This document shows, piece after piece, positions 29,300-39,062 of a stretch of 64,000 nt of DNA (positions are counted from its first letter, which is position 1; every line of letters starts with the position of its first letter). Source of the DNA: a virus; the IMG/VR virus record IMGVR_UViG_3300012953_000016, positions 32,001 to 96,000 of that record. One strand, given 5' to 3'. The position numbers were made by a program, and so were the translations under genes. A model generated the notes under the pieces. It had not been told where the DNA came from and made no database searches. It saw nothing but the letters and a program-made list of their open reading frames with translations.

Positions 29300-32200
29300 T
29301 AAAAATCTACCTTAACCCTAAATGTCAAATTGTCAGCATCACGTTTCATGATTGGCTGAGCTAAATTAGTCCTTGCTACAATATTAAGGTTCTCGTCATG
29401 AAAGTTCAACCCAGTAACATAAACAAATTCAGTGTTCTCTTCGCTAGCAAATGTCGAGGCTTGGAGAGATTCATATCTTGGATTAGAACTTGAATTAATT
29501 TGGCCGGCTTGACATGGTACCATGACTTCCATTATGTGGATATTATGATGACCTTCTAGATTAACTTCAAACTGCTCTTTGCCAAAATATGGAATGCAAG
29601 GATTATGCACTATTGCAATGCCTTCTTCATATATTATATTCCCCACGCTTGACCATGTAGGATGAGGAGACTCGGCATCAGCCCTATATAAGCAACCATG
29701 GCCGTTGTCTCTTAGCGTAACCTTTACCTTACCACCAGAGCCGGTTAAGTCATGATCAATTAATTCGAATGTCTTCCCGGTTATCTTTTTTCCATAAAAT
29801 AAATTAGATACATCAAAAAATACAACTTCATTTGATGAAGTATCCCTAGTCCTCTGTAGTATTGCTAATACTGAGCCAGGTGCAACACCTGGATTTTCAG
29901 GTGTGGAACCAGCAACGGTTGCAAATATAGAATCACTACTAGTATCATCATCCCCAGACGAATCAACTGCAATCAGTCCTGGGTACATCATTTCTTCAGG
30001 AACCATATTACGTAAAGACACAAGACCATAATCAATTGAACCATAATCATTAATGAATTTTGAGGTTTCATGAGTAGAATCTGGCTTAGACTCATAACTT
30101 CCTGATGCTAGAATCGTAAAGTCCGGTATAAACTTGCCGTTGTCACAAGGAAGTATAGAAAGATTCCTTTTCCTGATTGAAGAATCTTCATTCAAGAATT
30201 CATTTGCCTCTTTTTCTTCCTGTGTAGTAGTATCAATGGTAGAACCGGTTAGGTTCATTAGGAGCGGGTACTCACCTTTTACAAATTCTCTAGAGAAATT
30301 CTCCAAATTCAGTAGGTGGCCGCCGACGCCAAACGACATTGCCACGTTAAATGGATCGTCTGTTGTTGATTTCATAGTCTGGAATGGCGTCAACATCACT
30401 TCCCTTTCACGGGTTTCTTTAACGAAAAATGGAGGGAGATAAAATAACAGAAATTCCTCTAGTTCTTCAATCCCGTCCTTTTGGGTCGACCAGATCTGAG
30501 GCAGGGTTCTGTATTCATTCCATATTTTGACTTCATGGATTTCTGCGTTCAGTGGATGACGTAATTGATACTGGTTCGGCTCTAATGGATCCGGATCTTC
30601 AGCTGTCCACCCAGACTCAGAGTCAACGTCGTCTAAGCGGCCCCATGTAACACCATGCTTCTCTGCAGCTTCATAGCTAAAGAACCCTTGAACATATTGA
30701 GTATTGTTTGAATCTAGAGTTAAAACCTGATTGTACACATAAGTTGCATCATGCTCTGCGCATGCAGCACCTAAGTTTGCATGCAGTGATTGTGATAAAA
30801 CCGGAGTATACTCAAGGTCAGGTATTGTGTAATTCGTTAGCGCGTCAAAATATGTTTCTCTAAGCTCAGAGTCAGTGACTGCTGGATCACCTAATGCAAC
30901 AGGTATATCTTCGGCAAATACTTCAATACCAGAGCTGTTTGTCCATATACCGACCTGAGGTGTACCGGGAGCAGCGGACGGGTGATCACCTTTTTCCTGA
31001 ATATACCATGCATATTCTTCTGATACGTGATCTCCTTCTATGGTTGGATTACCATCAGCGTCTAAATAAGACGTAAGCTGACTGTATGACGCTCCATTTT
31101 TTCCTTCAAAGTAATTTCCTACAAACAATGCTGCAGGATCTGCCTCAATATCTGTGTCGCTATTAGAAGTACCGGGAACAACACCTTCTGGTGTAAAGTC
31201 ATCATATGCCCATGGCTCAACATCACCAAACTCTTGAGGTATGCTTAAGTCTAGAATGCCTAAACCATCGTCGTCTGGCAGATTAAACTCAGAGTCAATT
31301 TTCCCATCTATTATAATTTGAGCCTTGCCATCGTCAATTAGCTCTGTACCATACCGAATAACGACATGATACCAGTGGTTCCTCAATAGTGAATTATCTG
31401 TAGAGAGATATACCTTGTTTGAAGATTCGACCTGTTCGAGTGTTGCATCAATGATGCCATCGTCATCAGGATCTGAGTTTTCCCAAGTTTCAGTACTATA
31501 ATCATAATACTTGGTATATCCATACTCTCCATTTTCTAGATATGGAATATGGGAGGGGGGAATATCTGCGGACGAGCTTAACTGTAGCATTATACGGAAT
31601 GCATCTGGATGACCAGCGGGGTCGATATGGCTACCGGTGACCAAGCTTATCGCATAGCTAGATGACATATGAAGAATTGTTCCCGCGTTAAACTGGTGTG
31701 AGTGATCTCTATCAACAACAACATGATCTCGGCCCCCGTCTAAATCAAGTTCAGATATATCAGTAGAATATACTGTTGGGCTTCCTACGGAGTTCCATGA
31801 AAAAGTATTAGCATTTGTATTTGCAAATGCATCACGTGCATCTTCATCGACTTCAGTTGCTAGCTCATACTTCTTTACCCACTCCCATGTTGTCAATACT
31901 GTAATACCATCTACGTCTAAAGACTCAACAAATGGTGGCGCAGCGTCAACAGTCGTTGACCAAGTCATTTCATCCCAAGCGCCGTACACAAGAGGATCAT
32001 CAACAATACCGTTGCCATCCGGATCAGCATCAAGTGGATCTGCATTGGTATTATCTGCTAACCTATAAAACCCAGTGTACCCAAACGATGCTGCACTGCC
32101 TAAATTACCAGAACCGTCGTCCCACTCAGTAACCTCTTCCCAAGCCCACCAAGAAAAATATTCTTGCTGTGTTGTCTCAATTTGAATTGTTCCTGGATTG

Positions 32201-34755
32201 CCTTCCCAGCCCGGGATTAGCGTCTGAACCCATACTTGGCCATAAACCTTAGTTGGCTCATATGTCATGACTGCTTCATAGCCCTGGCCTGATGCCCATG
32301 ATATTTGTTCTATTATCGTCGGGCTTGAAGCATCAATAGCATAATCAATAAGTAGAGGAGAATGACCTCGGGTGACATGTGTCATCCAGCCAAGTTCATC
32401 AGGAACCAAAAGTGTGTATGGGTCTAGAGGATCTATATCTTCATACCCTGCACCATACTCTCGATATGAGGCCCAAGCAGCTTCTGACCACGTGGCAGCT
32501 GAACTAGCACCCGGGTATGTTCTTAAATTTGATGTGCCGGCGTCAATGTCATCCAGAATTTCATCATCATTAGTATATGGTAACATTGTGTCCGGATCGG
32601 TCCACCCCGTTGCAATCCTATAGTCTGTTACATCAACTGATGGGTCGTACCAGTACTGATTTCCATTAACATCGACAGTGCCATCGACATCTTCACCAGT
32701 TTCGTTATTATAATAACCAGTATAGCCATGGGCTTCAGCTGTGTCAAATGTTAGTCCGGAATCGACCGACCACCCCTGTATTTCGCCATAACCAACTGAT
32801 TGTGCAGTTATTCCTGGGGCTGCGTCCCAAAGCAATGTGCCAGCGGATGTGGCTTGATAACTATTTATTGTTGCTGAAGGGTCATCTGGAAAGTCTTTTA
32901 TAACAGATTCAAAAACATTGTATTCGTTCAAGCCATTGTCATCTGTCCATAAGTACTCTTCTGCTTCATTAACTTTCTGCTGACCGTCATTGTCAATAAT
33001 CTCAATTCTCTCGGCCCAGCTCTTAAAATACTCATTTCCGTCGATGGTTTTTGCAATATTTACTGCGGTTGCATAATTGTCAAAGTCACCAACATCATCC
33101 TTCCCCACTGTCCAATCTGTCGCATTTTTAATATTACCTGGTGCTGTGAATGAAAACACCTGGTCGCCAGAAGAAACATGATCATTGCAGATGATACTAC
33201 AATTCTTTATAATCGGGTTTCCGGACCTGAAATCGTAATCCGGAGCCTCATCACCCTTATCGGAAACCAAATTTTCAGGTTGTGTATAACTACCATCTGC
33301 AATTATTGCAGCATCGTTTGCGAACCCCCACCCGACTGCAGTATACCATACTTCTGGATCACCGGCGGTCTCATACCATAAATTATCACCTAGCTCGTCT
33401 GTTGCAAAGTCAGTATACCACGTGCTTTCGTGAGCGCCGCGGCCTCCCCCGTGGAAGTCAATGAATAATTGTTCCCAGTCTTTAACCACAAAGGAGCCTG
33501 AGGCATACGAATCCTCTTCATCAATAGTATACCTGGGGTTAATATAGAACTCAAAGGTGAATGAACCAGAGGGGCTGTAAGGTATTACACTTGGTTGTAC
33601 TGTCTCATCTGTTATTGATGGATAGATGAATGCAGAATCAGGGGGTACTAGAGAAGACGTAAAGAAATTAATAGTGTTATAGTTAGTATATGCCCAGTGT
33701 AAACTTGGATGCTTTGTCCGATAATATGGGAATAGAACATCTTTAATAACATTCTTTCTTAATGTGTCACTAGTTACCTTAAATGATGGCTCAAACCTTG
33801 TAATTGAAACTGCAGTTTGCTTTCTAGATGAAACCTCTGAATCGTTTACTAGTCCCATATATCTGTCTAACATCACGTTTATTGATGTAGCAGAACCAGA
33901 TGTCGCGACCTCTATATCAAAAACGTTATATGGAAATGTAGGCAGATCCTGATCACCTATCCCGTCAGCATCTAAATCTAGATCTAATAAAGTCGCACCG
34001 GTGAATGGGTTTGTTATGACCCCTGAAACAGGGGGTTCGCATATACCATATTGGGTATTTGTTACGGTTACGATCGAGTCGTTAGCAGATGATTCATATA
34101 CAGCATTAAATGATGAGACGCTATTAATAGCTTCACATGTAGCAGATGCAACCATGTCCAGCGCAGACTCAACATTATATACGTCCGGAGGTAATGTCGG
34201 GTCACCAAGACCTTCAAGGTTATGAAGATCAACCATATGTAGGGTACCGTTTATCGGCAAGTCAGGCTTCTGCTTTGTATTTCCCCAATTGCTATTATAA
34301 AAATAGAATCTGCGGATTGTACCGTATGCTTCAGCTAAATCAAAATAAGCGTCTTGGATATATTTGTATGAAGAATGACCTAATAGATCCCTGTAATCAA
34401 ATGAACCGGCGGTACCAGATGCACCATAAAATGTAGCATCAGTGTCTTCGGTTTGAAACTTAAGTTCAGTAACTTGCTGGATCTGAACAGGGTCTGATAA
34501 TGATGCAGAAGCTATCATGGCATTTCGAAATGCCTCTACTGAATCATCACCAAAGACATCTTCGCCAGAATCGCTAAATGCTTGTAGGGGCTGGGCTTCT
34601 TTTTCAAACTTTGAGCGCTCTGCAAAAACATGAACAGAGCCAGTTACACCCGTTTCTAGCCTGCTTCCTGAGGATGCAGACGAATAATGGCGCTTAGGAC
34701 GAGTCTCTAATGTTAAGTTCTCAAACCATTCACTGCTTAAACCGAATATCGCCAT
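29299..34755 (-). CDS. Large acidic baseplate/fibre-like virion protein with an interrupted LamG-like domain, 1818 aa
   Basis: SFTFEFYINP...WYHVVIRY...IIIDG...LFVGN...AEIHEVKIWN; C-terminus paralogous to 34869-36458. Confidence 0.75.
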   Translation of the reverse strand: MAIFGLSSEWFENLTLETRPKRHYSSASSGSRLETGVTGSVHVFAERSKFEKEAQPLQAFSDSGEDVFGDDSVEAFRNAMIASASLSDPVQIQQVTELKFQTEDTDATFYGASGTAGSFDYRDLLGHSSYKYIQDAYFDLAEAYGTIRRFYFYNSNWGNTKQKPDLPINGTLHMVDLHNLEGLGDPTLPPDVYNVESALDMVASATCEAINSVSSFNAVYESSANDSIVTVTNTQYGICEPPVSGVITNPFTGATLLDLDLDADGIGDQDLPTFPYNVFDIEVATSGSATSINVMLDRYMGLVNDSEVSSRKQTAVSITRFEPSFKVTSDTLRKNVIKDVLFPYYRTKHPSLHWAYTNYNTINFFTSSLVPPDSAFIYPSITDETVQPSVIPYSPSGSFTFEFYINPRYTIDEEDSYASGSFVVKDWEQLFIDFHGGGRGAHESTWYTDFATDELGDNLWYETAGDPEVWYTAVGWGFANDAAIIADGSYTQPENLVSDKGDEAPDYDFRSGNPIIKNCSIICNDHVSSGDQVFSFTAPGNIKNATDWTVGKDDVGDFDNYATAVNIAKTIDGNEYFKSWAERIEIIDNDGQQKVNEAEEYLWTDDNGLNEYNVFESVIKDFPDDPSATINSYQATSAGTLLWDAAPGITAQSVGYGEIQGWSVDSGLTFDTAEAHGYTGYYNNETGEDVDGTVDVNGNQYWYDPSVDVTDYRIATGWTDPDTMLPYTNDDEILDDIDAGTSNLRTYPGASSAATWSEAAWASYREYGAGYEDIDPLDPYTLLVPDELGWMTHVTRGHSPLLIDYAIDASSPTIIEQISWASGQGYEAVMTYEPTKVYGQVWVQTLIPGWEGNPGTIQIETTQQEYFSWWAWEEVTEWDDGSGNLGSAASFGYTGFYRLADNTNADPLDADPDGNGIVDDPLVYGAWDEMTWSTTVDAAPPFVESLDVDGITVLTTWEWVKKYELATEVDEDARDAFANTNANTFSWNSVGSPTVYSTDISELDLDGGRDHVVVDRDHSHQFNAGTILHMSSSYAISLVTGSHIDPAGHPDAFRIMLQLSSSADIPPSHIPYLENGEYGYTKYYDYSTETWENSDPDDDGIIDATLEQVESSNKVYLSTDNSLLRNHWYHVVIRYGTELIDDGKAQIIIDGKIDSEFNLPDDDGLGILDLSIPQEFGDVEPWAYDDFTPEGVVPGTSNSDTDIEADPAALFVGNYFEGKNGASYSQLTSYLDADGNPTIEGDHVSEEYAWYIQEKGDHPSAAPGTPQVGIWTNSSGIEVFAEDIPVALGDPAVTDSELRETYFDALTNYTIPDLEYTPVLSQSLHANLGAACAEHDATYVYNQVLTLDSNNTQYVQGFFSYEAAEKHGVTWGRLDDVDSESGWTAEDPDPLEPNQYQLRHPLNAEIHEVKIWNEYRTLPQIWSTQKDGIEELEEFLLFYLPPFFVKETREREVMLTPFQTMKSTTDDPFNVAMSFGVGGHLLNLENFSREFVKGEYPLLMNLTGSTIDTTTQEEKEANEFLNEDSSIRKRNLSILPCDNGKFIPDFTILASGSYESKPDSTHETSKFINDYGSIDYGLVSLRNMVPEEMMYPGLIAVDSSGDDDTSSDSIFATVAGSTPENPGVAPGSVLAILQRTRDTSSNEVVFFDVSNLFYGKKITGKTFELIDHDLTGSGGKVKVTLRDNGHGCLYRADAESPHPTWSSVGNIIYEEGIAIVHNPCIPYFGKEQFEVNLEGHHNIHIMEVMVPCQAGQINSSSNPRYESLQASTFASEENTEFVYVTGLNFHDENLNIVARTNLAQPIMKRDADNLTFRVKVDF

Positions 34756-34856
34756 CTGACCACACCTGAGCTATCTTTATATGTCCCAACTGGAACAGAT
34801 GCTTCCGTATTAACGTTGATTGCTGGAGCTATCGAAATATAGGACAAAAATAACAT
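34737..34856 (-). CDS. Putative 39-aa small protein (below the ORF-track cutoff)
   Basis: GAGGTGG SD then ATG; MLFLSYISIAPAINVNTEASVPVGTYKDSSGVVRWRYSV; fills the gap between two structural genes. Confidence 0.35.
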   Translation of the reverse strand: MLFLSYISIAPAINVNTEASVPVGTYKDSSGVVRWRYSV

Positions 34857-34868
34857 TACCACCTCGCC

Positions 34869-36458
34869 TTAGAAGTCTAATCTAACACGAATCGTAACAT
34901 CCTTCTCATCATTCTTTTCGATTGGTCTAGACAACTTGGCGACTGCTAACAGATTATCATTAGCATCATACATTCCTACTGTCGTTGGGAATGTAAACGA
35001 TCGCTGTGTATCTTCTTGGCCTTCGTCAATTACTACAATTCTATTCTCTTCGTCGACATATGTTGGGTTAGCAGAGTAATTAAATTCATCTGCAGTCGCA
35101 CGACAAAAGATCAACGTAGAATTAATCGTAGTTACATTCTGAAATGTTATCGCGGTTAATGAGCCAGATTGAAATCTACATGTTGAAAAGTGATCAACAA
35201 TATTATCAATAGAACCAGAGACTAAAAAGTCAGGAACAAACCTAGCATAGGGATTACCAGAGCCATAATCATCTCCTGTACCATCCATATATCCAGGGTT
35301 GACATCATCATCATCGCCAGAATCAAGCGCTGCGTTTGAATATTCTGAAAGTGTACCGGTAACAGGGTGGCCCAACCACCCATATCCTATACCAACTTGA
35401 CCATTGGAAACTTGTACATCATAATTTGCCGATGTATCTCCTTCTGGGGCTGCCATAAGAGTTTCAACAATGTCTGAAGAATCTATTGCATTTCCGTCTG
35501 GTTCTGAAGCACCACCGTGGCTAATCCATGCGCTATTACATTTTATTGATGTAACAGACTCAGCACTCATACCATCAATAACGCCCATAACAGCCTGATC
35601 AGGATCAATTGCTCTATTGACATTAAAGACAGCAACGCCTGCATCATAAAATAAAAGGCCTACTTTTCTAGAAGTATCTGAGGAGTCTACAATGTCTGCA
35701 ACCTCACCACCAAATGTAGATCTCTTACTAGTTGCTGCGCCTATGTCTGTAAAAATAGCTACAGAGCCTGTCGACGTCGTATTGAGGTTCGGGGTAATAC
35801 CATCCGCCCAATAAGGAGGCGGATCAATTATATGTTCACCATCTGAATCTAATTCAAGTTCTGGATTCCCAACTGGGATCAAGTCCCTGTCAGTTAAGTC
35901 TTGCTCTCTCCAACACCGGTATGAGTTACCTGCTAGGGATGCAGACTGATAAAACCTCATGGCAAAAGTTTCTCTCTTAATCTTATCTCTAGCGAATAAT
36001 CTTTTAAAGCATATAAAGAATGCATTATCTACACGGTCGCCTTCTTCCTCTGAACCAAATGGCGTAGAGAAATAAGCATCCGAGTCGCCCATTAATGATG
36101 CTGCAAACTGCTTGTAGATATCGACTTTTTCTCTCATCATCATTGATTCAGATGGAAATAATAGCTTTCCGGAGGCGTCCTCTGAGATTAAGGTATCTTG
36201 TACTGTTGAGCCACTAAAATACAAACCAACGGTCATATCCATGACAGCATTAGCACTTTGTAACGTGTGATCTTGATCATACACCGTCTGGAATAATGAT
36301 GATGTTACGCCTTGGCCAATACCTCCTGTTACAAATACTTGAAATTCTCTTCGTGTATCAGAACCTGAGATGTCCTCTTGTATAATATCAACTAATTGAT
36401 TTAGTGCCGAGCGGCTTGTCTTGATGTCTGCCGCTGAAATTTCTTTAAATGTTGCCAT
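34869..36458 (-). CDS. Baseplate/fibre-attachment-like virion protein, 529 aa
   Basis: C-terminal EFNYSANPTY...TTVGMYDANDNLLAVAKLSRPIEK...VRLDF, reminiscent of the C-terminal half of tail-collar fibre (DUF3751-like) domains. Confidence 0.7.
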   Translation of the reverse strand: MATFKEISAADIKTSRSALNQLVDIIQEDISGSDTRREFQVFVTGGIGQGVTSSLFQTVYDQDHTLQSANAVMDMTVGLYFSGSTVQDTLISEDASGKLLFPSESMMMREKVDIYKQFAASLMGDSDAYFSTPFGSEEEGDRVDNAFFICFKRLFARDKIKRETFAMRFYQSASLAGNSYRCWREQDLTDRDLIPVGNPELELDSDGEHIIDPPPYWADGITPNLNTTSTGSVAIFTDIGAATSKRSTFGGEVADIVDSSDTSRKVGLLFYDAGVAVFNVNRAIDPDQAVMGVIDGMSAESVTSIKCNSAWISHGGASEPDGNAIDSSDIVETLMAAPEGDTSANYDVQVSNGQVGIGYGWLGHPVTGTLSEYSNAALDSGDDDDVNPGYMDGTGDDYGSGNPYARFVPDFLVSGSIDNIVDHFSTCRFQSGSLTAITFQNVTTINSTLIFCRATADEFNYSANPTYVDEENRIVVIDEGQEDTQRSFTFPTTVGMYDANDNLLAVAKLSRPIEKNDEKDVTIRVRLDF

Positions 36459-36476
36459 GACTTTCTATAACCCTCT

Positions 36477-37190
36477 TTAATTCTTAGAGATTTGAACTTC
36501 AAACTCTTTTACAGCACCTGACTGAATACCTACGATACTGATGACAGAAGAAATGACATTCTTGTCGCTAGCATTACCGTAAATAAGAAACTGCGAATCT
36601 GTCACTGATTTCGTTTCAACTGGTACCGTAACCCGGGAACCGCCGACTGAAGTTGTTGTCGGGTCACGGGTAACAATATACGTTGCAATATTGTCTGCAT
36701 CAACATTATCAGGCGTCATACCACGCAGCTGTAAAAACCTGCTAGGTACCTTAATAATAAATGCTTGATCCCTAAGTTCAACATCAATTGTACTCTCGTT
36801 CTGAATTTCTTGAGTAACAGTCAGCGTCACGCTAGATCCGGATCCGGATCGTGACATTGATAACGTCGTTCCAGTTGAATCTAACCCATCGCCGGCTAAT
36901 GCCAAACTTGGAAGTCTGATTAAGTTAGGATTTGAAACACTAACTAACTTATGTTTTAGTGCTAAGTTCCCGCTTGTTTGCGCCTCAAAAATCGGGGTAT
37001 TTTTTTCTATTTTTTATTTCCCGACCGTTCGGCCAAATTTTTCAATTATTGTGTAATCAACCTCATCATCGCCTAACGCAAATTTTACAATAGAAAAAGA
37101 ACCGTCATTTCTAGCTAAAAATGCTCGGCCTGTATCAGTTAAAACTGCATCTACTATGATGTTATTTGTTGAGTGATCTAAAAAACCCAT
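36477..37190 (-). pseudogene. Virion protein gene (237 codons) interrupted by an in-frame TAA at 37014-37016
   Basis: GAGGAG SD and ATG at 37190; MGFLDHSTNNIIVDAVLTDTGRAFLARNDGSFSIVKFALGDDEVDYTIIEKFGRTVGK*KIEKNTPIFEAQ... continues in frame into the annotated 142-aa ORF. Confidence 0.75.
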
Positions 37191-37206
37191 CTACATGCTC
37201 CTCAGA

Positions 37207-37213
37207 TAAATAT
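37207..37213 (-). promoter_or_regulatory. Putative late-promoter motif ATATTTA
   Basis: GATATATTTAT in a 27-nt gap, just upstream of the SD of the interrupted gene; same 11-mer as at 15.34 kb. Confidence 0.45.
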
Positions 37214-37217
37214 ATCG

Positions 37218-39062
37218 TTACTTGTTAGTCCGTAAATCATCTATTTCAATATCAACGACTTGGCTCTTCTGCCGGTCGGTGTTTATAATCTGTAATTTGT
37301 ATGATCCACCTTCTTCTCTTGTTGTCCATAAATCTAGATCTTCATCGTCTTCGCCTTTGATAGATAAGTATTCCGGATCAAAGAATATCTTACAAGAAGT
37401 ATGGCCACTATCTTTAATACAATCGCTCGTGAGGTTTATTTCACCGTTTGCAGGATCGACACCTTCGCTTAAATAAAAGTTGGGATACGGCTTTGGTGCA
37501 CCAGAAGGAGAAATCATTTTTTTCATTAACTTATTTTTGGATTCATCAAACCAAACCAGAAACTGTGCAGAATAATTTGAACTAAAATCATGTGCATCAA
37601 CACTACATAATGAATATATAGCATATGTCTCTTTAGTAAACTCTTCATCCCAATAAGTTGTCAAGGGATCTTGCATTTCAATGACACGGGACTTCCGAGG
37701 CATCTCGCTGCGGGGATCAGGTATCTCACTATCGTCAAAGTCATACTCTACTTGTAGCTCAAATGGATCATATACAGATTTTCTCTTAAAAACCTGAAAT
37801 CTTTTTATATCTCTTTGAGGAACAACCGGAAAACTCCACATGACCATTAGTTTCTTGTCTTCATAATCCCATACAAAATCTAAATCGGCAGGTGGTGGGG
37901 GTGGCCTATATTCTCTACAACGTACTCTACTTTTTTTCGAAGATCTTGAAGAAATTAATCCAGAAATTGCATAAACTTGTGCTGTTTCCTCATCAACTGC
38001 TTGAAATTGACACATTGCAATTGCACGAATTGAGTATGAATAATATGAACCATATGTTATCTTAGTATCAACGGCAACACCGCTAGCGGAACCGGCAACG
38101 ATTATTGGCTCACACTTCTTATACCGCCTATTTGGCTGCAGCTCCCACTTGTCGATTACGTAACCGATTATCTTTACTGCACTCTTAAACTCTCCAGGAT
38201 TTACCCTGTCGATGGATATAGGAATGATATTAGGTGCATACTCATAATCTGAAATCATCCCAGGATTCCCATCTTTTCTAGCCTGTGCCTGGATATTAGC
38301 TGCATCTTTTATCTTATAAGATAGCTCATTCATAAAAGGTGATGTCGGATCCGCTACAGATTTTACCAGAATATCATGCAAAAACTTATCATTAATCTGG
38401 CTGTATTGTTTTATTGCCCTGAAGGTTTTTAGCCAACGAGGCCTGTAGTATCTTCTCCTACCAGAGCGGGTCCTATAATAATATACTGATCTGTACCTTA
38501 ACCTACCCATCGCTTTGACGATCCATTTTCCTGCAACATAATCTCCGGTCATCTCATTTAACAGCTTTGCTGTATTAGCCCTAGTGTACTGCCAGCCTTT
38601 TTTCTTATGCCAATATGTCTTATCATACCCTAAGGACCGACCGCGGATTCTCATTGATAGACGTAACAACTTATGTGCCTTATAACCAATTGATCTATCT
38701 TGCAAGTTTAATGTAGAATATCCTTTACTAGCAACATCAATCTCTTTCTGGATCTTGTCTAAATTATCCTTTATTATTTTTTCTACATTCCCGGGGCGAG
38801 ACAACTCTGCGACAAACTCATTATCAACACTCGAGTTTGTTCGGACATCTGCCGGATCAAATGAAAATTCTATCCAACGAGGTATTCTTTTTCTTAACGA
38901 ATACTTTAAATCATTAGTTGAAACGCCATGGAGCCTGGCGTCACCACTATCATCTATTTTTTCGTCAGGAACAAAAAAGTTATATTTGAAGCGGGCTCTA
39001 AACCTCCATACCTCAGGAACGTCTAGGACTGTCAGTACTTTTGATGGGTATGAAATTGCCAT
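37218..39062 (-). CDS. Hypothetical virion protein with Ig/FN3-like segments, 614 aa
   Basis: DTKITYGSYYSYSIRAI, PPPPADL...MVMWSFP...FQVFKR patterns; Arg/Tyr-rich insert. Confidence 0.7.
   Translation of the reverse strand: MAISYPSKVLTVLDVPEVWRFRARFKYNFFVPDEKIDDSGDARLHGVSTNDLKYSLRKRIPRWIEFSFDPADVRTNSSVDNEFVAELSRPGNVEKIIKDNLDKIQKEIDVASKGYSTLNLQDRSIGYKAHKLLRLSMRIRGRSLGYDKTYWHKKKGWQYTRANTAKLLNEMTGDYVAGKWIVKAMGRLRYRSVYYYRTRSGRRRYYRPRWLKTFRAIKQYSQINDKFLHDILVKSVADPTSPFMNELSYKIKDAANIQAQARKDGNPGMISDYEYAPNIIPISIDRVNPGEFKSAVKIIGYVIDKWELQPNRRYKKCEPIIVAGSASGVAVDTKITYGSYYSYSIRAIAMCQFQAVDEETAQVYAISGLISSRSSKKSRVRCREYRPPPPPADLDFVWDYEDKKLMVMWSFPVVPQRDIKRFQVFKRKSVYDPFELQVEYDFDDSEIPDPRSEMPRKSRVIEMQDPLTTYWDEEFTKETYAIYSLCSVDAHDFSSNYSAQFLVWFDESKNKLMKKMISPSGAPKPYPNFYLSEGVDPANGEINLTSDCIKDSGHTSCKIFFDPEYLSIKGEDDEDLDLWTTREEGGSYKLQIINTDRQKSQVVDIEIDDLRTNK

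Noticed and set aside
36477-36905. 142-aa ORF as an independent gene
   Set aside because: Its TTG start lacks an SD and it is in frame with the upstream ATG at 37190 across one TAA.
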